NCBI GenBank assembly: GCA_038087875.1
Contig: JAXLNO010000362.1
Span: 124,001 to 188,000 of the forward strand
DNA length: 64,000 nucleotides
Direction of reading: 5' to 3'
From: Malacoraja senta
Lineage: Eukaryota
The translations under genes and the position numbers were made by a program. Under the pieces are notes generated by a model that ran no database searches, was not told where the DNA came from, and saw only the letters and a program-made list of their open reading frames with translations. Positions 24,711 through 35,165 of the stretch are shown in pieces (the stretch's first letter is position 1; the number at the start of each line of letters is the position of its first letter).

Positions 24711-27700
24711 TGTCTGGCTGTGGCAGCTTTGACAGTCCGGAGTCGCCTTCCAGAGGGAAGTGATTCAAAGAGTATGTGGCCAGGGTGAGAGGGGTCAGAG
24801 ATGATCTTGCCCGCTAGCTTCCTGGCCCTTGCAGTGTACAGTTCATCAATGGAGGGAAGGGTGCAGCCAATAACCTTCTCAGCTGATTGGACGATTCGCT
24901 GCAGCCTCCAGGTGTCGTGCTTGGTGGCTGAGCCAAACCAGACCATGATGGAGAAGGTGAGAACAGACTCTACGATGGCCGTGTAGAATTAGACCATCAT
25001 TGCCAGTGGCAGATTGTGCTTCCTCAGCTGCCGTAGGAAGTACATCCTTTGTTGTGCCTTTTTGACTGTGGAGTCGATGGTAGCCCCCCACTTAAGGTCC
25101 TTGGAGATGATGGTTCCCAGGAACTTAAAAGACTCCACAGATGTGACTGTGGTGTTGTTGATGGTGAGTGGGGTGAGGGGAGGGGGAGTTCTCCTAAAGT
25201 CTACAATCAATTCCACTGTCTTAAGAGCATTGAGCTCTAGGTTGTTGCGATGGCACCAGGACGCCAGCTGTGACACTTCCTGTCTGCAGGCAGATTCCTC
25301 CCCATCCTGGATCAGTCCAATCAGGGTTGTGTCATACGCAAACTTGAGAAGCTTGACAGAGGTGTCTGTGGAAGTGCAGTCATTGGTGTAGAGAGAGTAG
25401 AGGAGCGGAGAGGGCCTTGCGGTGCTCCTATGCTGAGCGTTTGCGGGTCCAAGATGTGCTTTCCCAGCCTCACATGCTGCTTCCAGTCTGTCAGGAAGCT
25501 GGTGATCCACCGACAGAGGGGTTCACGCACAGTCAACTCGGAAAGTTTGGAGTGTAATAGCACTGGCACAATAGTGTTGAATGCAGAGCTAAAATCAACA
25601 AACAGGATCCTCGCATAGGTCCCCTGGCAGTCTAGGTGCTGCAGGATGAAGTGCAGGCCCAGGTTGACTGCATCATCCACAGATCTATTGGCCCAATATG
25701 CAAACTGCATGGGGTCCAGCAGGGGGATCGTGATATTTTTCATCTTGGCCAGCACAAGCCTTTCAAGTGTCTTCATGACTACAGAGGTCAGTGCGACAGG
25801 CCTGTAGTCATTAAGACAAGTAATCCTTGCCTTTTTGGGTACAGGGACAATAGTGGAAACTTTGAAGCAGGCAGGGACAGTACATGTTTGCAGGGACTGG
25901 TTAAAAATGTCTGTATAGACCGTTGTTTGGCACAGAGCTTAACAGTAGAGGGGGAAACATTGTCAGGTCCTGGCGATTTCCTGGAGATTTCCAGCTTTTT
26001 TGTCTTCTGAAAAGCCTCTCCGCCTCCTCTATTTTTATTGTTGATGAAGTGATGTTGTTGAGCAAGAAGGGTGTGGGTAATTGGGTGTGAAGTGGTGATT
26101 GGAGGGGGTGGGTGTAGAAGGGCCCAGTCTTTGCAGACTGAGGTCAGGCTGTGAAAGGGTGTGAAGTGTTCGTTGGGGGTGGGAAATGGTCCAGTCTTTT
26201 CATACTGCAGTCTTGCCTTAAGTAGGTGTGAAGTGGTGAATGGGAAGGAGAGGGTACAGGGCCATTCTTTGCAGACTGGGGTCTGGCTGTGTTGGTTGCA
26301 GGGGGCAAGGGAGGGGGTACCAGGGTTACGTTTCTGATTTTCAAACCTGCAGTAAAACTCATTCAGGTCGTTGGTCAGCTGACGATTGTCCAAAGAGCGG
26401 GGGACTTTCCTCTTGCAGCTGGTAATTTCTTGCAAGCCCTTCCAAACTGAAGAAGAGTCACTAGCTGAGAACTTGCTCCTCAACTTCTCAGAGTACCTTT
26501 CCTTAGCAGCTCTGATTCATCTTCTCAGCTTGTACTTAGCCTGCCTGTAGAGGTCTGCATCCCCGCTCCTGTAGGCCTCCTCTTTAGATCGTCGGAGCTC
26601 TCTGAGTTCTGCAGTGAACCAGGGCTTGTTGTTGTTGAACCATGTCTGGGTCTTAGTTGCAATGCAACTGTCCTCGCAAAAGCTGACATATGATGATACA
26701 GTGTCCGTATACTCATCGAGGCTTGTGGTTGCTTCCCTGAACATATTCCAATCCGTGCAGTCAAAACAGGATTGTAGGTTCTCAATGCCCTCGCTTGTCC
26801 ACCTTTTCTTTGTTCTGACCACAGGCATAGCAGATTTTAGTTTCTGCCTGTAGGTCAGAATAAGGTGAACTAGACAATGATCAGAGAGACCCAGACCCGC
26901 CCGGGGAACAGAGCGATATGCGTTCTTGATTGCCGTATAACAGTGATCGAGTGTTCTCTCCCCTCTGGTGGGGCGGGTAACATGAAGTCTGTATTTTGGA
27001 AGGTCACGGCTGAGGTTAACTTTGTTAAAGTCCCCCAAAACAATGACCATGGAGTCCGGTAAGTCACTCTCTACCCTCATTACCTGGTCAGCGAGTTGCG
27101 TTTACGCCTCACGTATGCAGGCTTGGGGGGGAATGTAAACTCCAGCGAGAATAAAGGAGTTAAATTCCCTCGAAGAGTAGAAGGGTTTACAGTTTATAAA
27201 GAGGGATTCTAGGTTGGGAGAGCAGAAGTTTGACAGTACCGTGATGTCGCTGCACCAGTCCTGCTTGGTGTAGAAGCATGTCCACCGCCTCTTGATTTCC
27301 CCACTGCCTCCACTTCACGGTCCGCTCTGTGAAGTTGGAAGCCAGCCAGTTGCAGTGCGCTGTCCGGGGTCGACTCACAAAGCCAGGTTTCGGTGAAACA
27401 CAGGGCAGCAGCTCGAGAGAAGTCCTTGTTTGTCCGATGCAGGAGTTGCAGTTCGTCTACTTTGTTCTTGAGAGAACGTACGTTTGCCAGGAATATGCTC
27501 GGGAGTGGTGTGGGTGATCCTCGTCGCCGGAGTCGGATGAGTGCTCCAGAACACTTCCCACGGGTCCTCCTCCGTCTCAAGACCTTGAACGCAACCACAG
27601 CCCCACCGACTAGAATGTCCAAATAATCCAGCAAGTGAGAGAAATCCAGAACGATGTTTGGAGGCACCGTATGTCTGATGTTTATGAATACATCTCTCAT

Positions 27701-27800
27701 GAAAGTAATCTTTGTAGGGTTTTCACTGACGACACAAACGAACAAACACATACAAAACAGCAAAGAGCAGTACACTGTGGCCGCCATCGTGGCACCAGCA
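24711..27800 (-). mobile_element. Near full-length Rex1/Babar-clade LINE (APE + RT), frameshifted, 3' end cut off
   Basis: SIFLANVRSLKNK, LCFTETWL, VLGDFN, TLDHCY, SDH (endonuclease); [31 protein letters not shown] (RT). Confidence 0.9.
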
Positions 27801-28039
27801 GCAGCTACACTGCAAGCAAGCTAACCCATTTAACCCCAGATGGGGCATGACTGACTTATTGGAGGGAGTGCTGTACTGTGGGAAGAGTCCCTCACTATCT
27901 CTGCAACCCTATTCTGGCTCTGACCCTATTTCTGGTCTCTGCAACCCTCTCCCCACCAGTCCCTACACCCCTCCCTGTCAAATTGGAGGTATTTAATCTA
28001 ACGGGTGTACCAGTTTCCTGTTCCACAGTGCCATGGCTA

Positions 28040-28465
28040 AGAGCCTGTCCCACGGGCATGCGACTCCATGCGACAAGCGCGACCTAACCGGAAGCGGGGG
28101 CTACGCGGAGGTAGCGGGGCCGGTCCCAATTTGATCGCCGGAGCCATATGGAGTTGTGCGGAGCTGGTCCCGACATCACGCGGGGCTCTGAAAAACTGAC
28201 ACTGTTCAAAAATTCTGCGCGGCAACGGCCTGCCGCCCCGCAGCCGCATCGAGGCCGTGCGCGCCGCATCGACGCCGTACGCACCGTCTAGACGTCACTC
28301 GACCTCCGCACGGCCCCTGCTACCGGTTTGGTGGCGCTTGCCGCATGCAGCCGCATACTCGTGGGTCCGGCCTTGTACGGGGATCACTCGACCTCTCCGC
28401 GCGGCCCCCGCTTCTGCTTGGGTCGCGCTTGCCGCATGGAGTCGCATGCCCGTGGGACAGGCCCT
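28040..28465. mobile_element. MITE, PIF/Harbinger-like
   Basis: ~45-bp terminal inverted repeats AG(A/G)GCCTGTCCCACGGGCATGCGACTCCATGCG(A/G)CAAGCGCGACC; flanks CTA/TTA. Confidence 0.85.
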
Positions 28466-28592
28466 TTAGGTTGCTCATTTGGATAAGACTGCACTGATTC
28501 AAGAATTGTTTAGGAATGAACTGCAGATACTGGTTTGGATAGGCAGCATCTCTGGATAGAAGAAGGATCTCGACCCAAAACACTAGTTCTAT

Positions 28593-28882
28593 GTTTAGTT
28601 TAGAGATACAGGTCCTTCGGCCCATCAAGTCCGTGCCAACCAGCGATCCCTGCACAGTAACACCATTCGATACACACGAGGGACAATTTTATATTGAAAC
28701 CAAGCCAATTAACCTATAAACCCGTACGTCTTTGGAATGTGGGAGGAAACCGAAGATCTGGCAGAAAATCCACGCAGGTCACGGGAAGAACGTGCAAACT
28801 CCGTACAGACAGCGCACGTAGTCAGGATCAAACCCAGGTCTCTGGAACTGTGAGGCAGCAACTATACCGCTGCGTCACCATG
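28593..28882 (-). mobile_element. HE1/V-SINE-type SINE
   Basis: Reverse complement of the SINE family at 18051 and 59527. Confidence 0.8.
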
Positions 28883-30061
28883 CCACCTCTTTCAGCTTTC
28901 CCCCTCTGACCATAATTTGCCCCCGTAAGTTACTCCTAGTGTATGAGTAAGAGTCATGGAATCAGTGAATTGGCAGAGACTTGAGAGGCCCAACAACCTT
29001 GTGCTTCATGAGGAAGTGGACAGAAGTAGTAGACTGAAGGAGTAGAGTAGAAAACTGGAAAAGCAAGGTCATAGTCAGAGTGATGCCACGTGGAAATGGG
29101 CCCTACGGCTCAACTTGCCCACACCAGCAAACATGTCCCAGCTACACTAGTCTCACCTGCCCACGTTTGGTCCATATCCCCCCAAACCTGTCCTACCCAT
29201 GTACCTGCCTGTTTCTTAAACGTTGGGATAGCCAATGCCTCAACTACCTCCTCTGGCAGCTTGTTCCATGCACCAACCACCCTTTGTGAAAAAGTTACTC
29301 CTCAGATTCCAATTAACTTTTTTCCCCCTCTCACCTTAAACCAATGTCCTTTGGCCCTCGATTCACCTACTCTGGGCAAGAGACTCTGTGTGTCTACCCG
29401 ATCTATTCCTCTCATGATTTTATGCCCCTCCATAAGATCACCCATCATCTTCAAGCGTGCAAGGAATAGTATCCCAGCCTATCCATTCCCGGCAACATCC
29501 TCATAAATCTTCTCCGTACCCTTTCCAGCTGAAAACATCTTTCCTATCACACGGTGCACAGAACTGAACGCACATATTCTAAATGCAGCTTCAGCAACGT
29601 CTTACACAACTGCAACATGACATCCCAATTTCTAAACTGTGCGAACTGTGTGAGCAGGTGTGAAAGGGTCAAAGCCTGGCAAGTGATAGGTGGATACAGG
29701 TGAGGGGGGCAGATGATTAGACTAGGTGGGAGAATCTAAGTACAGAGGTCACAGCCCCAGAATTGGAGGACGTTCTTTTGGGAAGGCGATAAGAAGGAAT
29801 TTCTTAAGTCAGAGGATGGCGAATCTGTGGAATTCTTTGCCACAGAAGGCTGTGGAGGCCGTCAATGAATATTTTTTAAGGTACAAAATACACCAGATAG
29901 ATTCTTGATTAGTACGGGTGTCAGGGGTTATGGGGAGAAGGTAGGAGAATGGGTTGGGAGGGAAAGATAGACCAGCCATGATTGAATGTCGCTGTAGACT
30001 TGATGAGCCGAATGGCTTAATCCAGCTCCTATCATTTTTAAAATACAAATACATCTATAGA

Positions 30062-30462
30062 TGCTCCTGAACACATCATCAGTGATGTAATCTGGGGTCA
30101 TTGGGTGTTTCGGGTCTTTCAACATCAGACACCCTCACCCAGGCGACCCAGCCGTGGTTGATCAGACAACGACTTGTGCTCAGGTGGAATTCGCTGCTCC
30201 CCATGGACCTTCTCTCCTGATCCAGAGCCATCTCGAGGCCTTCTCCGCTGCCTCTGTGGTGTTCTTGATGGCTCTTCTCCTCGCCACTCCGGTGATGCCC
30301 AGTGCACTCAAGGCTTTGTAGAGCGATTGCCCTGCAAAACCTCTGCAGCCAACCTCGATGGGCATACACCTTGCCTTCCAGCCCTGCTTACGGCAGTCTA
30401 TGACCAGTTCTTCATATTTGGCCATCTTCCTCTCGTGGGCCTCCTCCAGATGGTCCTCCCAA
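30062..30462 (-). mobile_element. HERO-like (restriction-like endonuclease) non-LTR retrotransposon 3' fragment
   Basis: WEDHLEEAHERKMAKYEEL...PIEVGCRGF...AAEKASRWLWIRR; the KxxKY and EVGCRG motifs are typical of the HERO RLE domain. 3' UTR follows. Confidence 0.8.
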
Positions 30463-31625
30463 GGTCATCAGGAATAGGAGTAAAAGAATGTCTTTTAATT
30501 TTGAGGCTGTGACCTCTACTCCTAGACTCACCCAATGGTGGAAACATCCTCTCCACATCCACTATCCAAGCTTTTCACTATTCTGTATGTTTCAATGAGG
30601 TCCTCCTTCATTCTTCTCAACTCCAGCGAGTACAGGCCCAGTGCCAACAAACGCTGATCATAGGTTAACCTCCTGATTCCTGGGATCATTCTTGTAAACC
30701 TCCTCTGGACGCTCTCCAGAGCCAGCACATCCTTCCTCAGATACGGTGCCCAAAATCGCTCACAATATTCCAAATGCGGCCTCACCAAAGCCTTATGGAG
30801 CCTCAACATTATATCCTTGTTTTTGTATAAAAGCCCTCTTGAAATAAATGCTAGCATTGAGTTTGCTCTCTTTACTACTGTTATCACTATAACTTATCAA
30901 GTGGCAGAGACTCGAGAGGCCCAACGACTTCTTGATACGAGGAAGTAGACAGGTTGTAACAGGAAATGGTAGACAAAAGTGCTGAAGAAACTCAGTGGGT
31001 GCAGCAGCATCGATCGAGGGAAGAAAATAGGCAACGTTTCAGGTTCAAACCCTTCTTCAGACACTTGTAACAGGAAATGTAGTGCTAAAAATGAAAATGT
31101 TCTTTCACAGATTGAAGGGAAATGTATTCACTTGCACCCTCACCTCTGAGTTCGCCAGAGGTGAGGGTGCAAAACACTCCCTTTATTCATTGAGGAAACA
31201 AAGTGCTGGAGGAACTCAACGGATCTGTGGGGGTTAGACCCAATGTGCTGGAGTAACTCAGCGGGACGGGCAGCATCTCTGTAGAGAAGGAACGGGTGAC
31301 GTTTCGGGTTGAGGCCCTTCTTCAGACTGAGATTCAGGGGAGAGGGAATTGAGAGATATGGACGGTGATGTAGAAAGATATCAAACAAATGAATGAAAGA
31401 TATGCAAAAATAGTAACAATGGTAAAGGAACCAAGTCATTGTTAGCAGTTTACTAGGTGAGAACAAGAAGCTGGTGCGACTTGGGTGGGGGAGGGATGGA
31501 GAGAGAGGGAATGCAGGGGTTAATAGGTTAGAGAAATCAATATTCATACTAGACCGAGAGGCAGTAAGGAGGCGGTGCAAAAGCATCGACATTAGTCGGC
31601 AGGTCTGTCCGACAGAAACAAAATA

Positions 31626-34558
31626 TGTGGCGCCATCTGGTGGTCAAGCCACTTACTGATCGAACCCTTGTCAGCAGAACTGGAACGGTGACGTGACTGA
31701 GTTTAGCGGGAAGAGAAGGTCATCAGTTAAGGGGTGTGTCCTACAACAACAGCAGAAACTTAGCTCGAGATCACGAGTCAACAACCTCGCTCGACAGCGA
31801 CAACAATGACACATGTGTTTGCCAAACCTGTAATGTCTTAATAAAAACGTTTGTGCACACGTTTGGACACTTTGTGACACAGACGATCCGAAATGGTATT
31901 TTGTATTTTCCGTTATGGATACATCCGACTACTCCGAGCTGCAGCATGATGCCGCCGGTGACAGCCTCAACGTGCTCCTGTAATGTACCTTTGGGCTCCG
32001 CCGCTGTGATCAGGCCGCTCAACTCTTGTCTATGATTGGTCTCGGCGATCGCAGGCCATCCACGTCAATGGGCGCGATCCAGGCCTTGATTGACGACCTC
32101 CGGCCTGCCTTCTGTTCGTGCATGTTTACCTGGGGAAGATGCCCGATTACGTCCGCCTGCTCCTCGCCGGTGCGGATTTTGATAATCCCCGGCCGATGGC
32201 TGCCCGTACGGTCGAGCTGTGGCCGGCCCAGCAGCAGGGTGGAGCCTCGGTCAGTCCTGTGTTGGCGGTACCACGACGGATTCTACAGCCCACGGCCAGG
32301 ACGGGCCACAGACAGAGCTCCTCTCTGTCCTGGCCCACGGCCGCCAGTTCCTGTCTCCACTGAGGGCTTGGAAGTGCAGCCGGTCTTGAATGCACCTAGC
32401 GAAGGTATGTGGTGCTCCTATCTCCAGCGGTGGAGTTCTGAGGCCCATTGAGGCCAACCACCAGTAATGGCTGCTGCGGCCGGCCAGCACCATCGCCTCT
32501 ACGTTGGGAGAACGGCTTTCTGAGAGGTGTTCCTTTGACGACACGGGAACAGCGGTGAGCATTTTGCCCCGTCTGGGGGGGTCGACGCTCGTTCTGGTCT
32601 GCCGGGCCTTGCTCTGACCTCCGTCAACGGCATCCCATCCGGACATCCGGTGTTTGCACAGATTTTTTTCATTTTCGACTCCTGTTGCTTTTCCTTGTTC
32701 GTTCGTTATTGTTGACGTCTCACAGCCGCTGCTGGGCGATGATTTTTTTTTTCTTCGCACACAACCAGTTGGTCGATGAGAAGGGACAGCGTCTCACCCC
32801 TTCTGCAGGTTTGCTTTGGTCTCCTTGTAGCAATGTTACAAAATTTTGAGATTAAAAAAATAAAGTCTGCAATTTATCCCATCAGATAAAGCATAAAAAG
32901 AAGTTTAATTTGACACTTAATTCACTTTCATATCTTCAGTATTAAAAAAGTTATGGCCATTATCATACTCAGAAATTAGCATCTAGTTCCCTATTGCTTT
33001 TCCATTGACTTAACACAAAAGCTGTGATCGAGGACAGTTAAAAGCCCATAACTTTCTTAAAAATTATGGTAACTGAAAGAAATTTTCAGGTATTATAGAT
33101 TGAAGCATTCTGAAACAAATATGAAACAATCTTACTTCGAAGACATGAAAGTAAAGCATATAATTAGTTAGTTACCTAATTGTAGCTAATTACAAAATTC
33201 AATTACTAGATCTAAACATCTATCAATTTCTTAAGAATAGATTAACATTTTTAAATAGCCTAAGTGTCCAAATAACATTCACACAATAATTCACAATATA
33301 ACATAATTTTTAAATCTAATTTTCATGAATTTACAGGCCAAATGGAAGGAATTGAATGTTTAATACCTGTAAATTAATGGGGATTTAATTCATCTTGCGA
33401 GTGAGAATTACTGGAACGCGATCTTTTGGAACGTTCATTTGCGGTGAATTTAACCCCGTATTGGCATGAAAAATACTGCCGTTAATTCGGGGAATAAAAT
33501 CACCGTGTCGCATGACAAAATGTGAATTAAAGGCTTCTTAAGAAGCACTTTTATACATTTAAAGAAAGCACTTTTGTTTACCTGTCCATTGTGTGAAATC
33601 CGTCCCCGTTATTGGCGTTGACGCTTCAGGAGCTGCTTTTAAAATGACTCTAGCGCTGACATTGACGATTTAATTTTAAAAAAAAATTCACAAATCGCCG
33701 GTAGGAACGATTTTGTCAGCTAAGTTTTGTACTCCAACAAAAGATTTCCAGGACAAGGGAGAAATCCGCGTTTTAACCCCGCCCCCCCCTTAAAGGCGCC
33801 AAAATCGCGCACACGGCCAGTGGCAGAATTACAGCGCGACTGAAGGTAAGTTTTGTAACATACCTACTCCTTGCATCCCACGGCCGGGAGGGCCCACAGC
33901 CAAAGTGCCGACTGTGCCCGCGGGCCCCACAGTCTTGACTCACAGCAGGAGCCATCCTCAACCATGCTGGTGCACCTTCCGGATGAAGGTGGGCTCGCTC
34001 TTTTCTGTTTCACTGTCCCGCCCGCTTCTGCCCTCAAGTACTGCCTGTGTGTCTATCTAATGTGACTTTTGTGCTCGACATGGGTGGCTCGTCTTCAGCC
34101 CGCTCATTTAGGACATTGGTCAGCCCGTACAGGAGACCCAGTGACGCCGTCGGGGCTGTCTGCGTTCCGCCCGCTTCCGCTCTCATCTTTGCCAGTTGTG
34201 TTTCCGAGCGCGCATGTTGTGTTTACAAGTTCAGGCCGTTGCGTTTCGTCTGCCTGCTCATTTTCATTCCTCTGGTTCTGGAGTCATGTGGTGCCACCTG
34301 GTGGTCAAGCCACTTACTGATCGAACCCTCGTCACCAGAACTGGAACAGTCATGTGACTGCTTTTGGCAGGAGGAGAATTTCATCAGTTAAGGGGTGGGT
34401 CCTACAACAGCAGAAACGTAACTCGAGATCGCATGTTAACAACCTCGCTCGGCAGCAGCACCAATGACTGTGTCAGAGTGTACCAAACACGTGTGTATGC
34501 CAAACCTGTAATGTCTTAATAAAAACAGCGTTTGTACATAACGGTAGGACACTCGACA
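31626..34558 (+). mobile_element. Old, internally deleted Gypsy LTR retrotransposon (CsRn1/Mag-like)
   Basis: Diverged direct repeats TGTGG...ACA at 31626-31869 and 34287-34558, each with AATAAA. Gag relic MPDYVRLLLAGADFDNPR and WCSYLQRW, protease relic DTGTAVSILP, integrase-tail relic TFVLDMGG..RLQPAHL. Confidence 0.8.
32828..33866. mobile_element. AT-rich non-autonomous DNA transposon nested in the Gypsy relic
   Basis: Imperfect TIRs TAG(CA/GT)ATGTTACAAAA; direct repeat CTCCTTG at 32821-32827 and 33867-33873. Confidence 0.85.
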
Positions 34559-35165
34559 ATCTGTCATAAAAAGGTCTGTTATCACGAGGGTTTATGGTTG
34601 AGAGGGTGAATTTAGTTGAGCAAGGAACCACAGATGCTGGCTTAAACCAAAGATGAACACAAAAAGCTGGAGTAACTCAATGGGTCAGTTTAGTTTAGTT
34701 TAGAGATACAACGTGGAAACAGGCCCTTCTGCCCACCCAGTCCGCGATGACCATCGATCACCCGTTCACACTAGGTATGTGTTTATAGTCAATAGACAAG
34801 GGACAATAGACAATAGGTGCAGGAGTAGGCCATTCGGCCCTTCGAGCCAGCACCGCCATTCACTGTCATCGTGGCTGATCATCCACAATCAGTACCCCAT
34901 TCCTGCCTTCTCCCCATATCCCTTGACTCCGCTATCTTTAAGAGCTCTACCTAACTCTCTTGAAAATATCCAGAGAATTGCCCTCCACTGCCTCCTGAGG
35001 CAGAGAATTCCAGATTCACAACTGGCTGGGTGAAAAGGTTTTTCCTCATCTCCGTTCTACGTGGCCTACCCCTTATTCTTAAACTGTGGTCCCTGGTTCT
35101 GGACTCCCCCAACATTGGGAACATGTTTCTTGCCTCTAGCATGTCCAATGCCTCTAGCATGTCCA

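Noticed and set aside
27878..28087. Hydrophobic ORF (ILALTLFLVSATL) as the missing TM exon
   Set aside because: No suitable splice sites, no basic stop-transfer residues, and it runs into a MITE.
30100..30135. Hammerhead-like CTGATG...GAAAC in the HERO 3' UTR
   Set aside because: The core reads CUGAUGU rather than CUGANGA and there is no NUH site in register; better read as a simple UTR hairpin.
34047..34391. Hydrophobic ORF as the TM exon
   Set aside because: Lies within the Gypsy relic and its 3' LTR.
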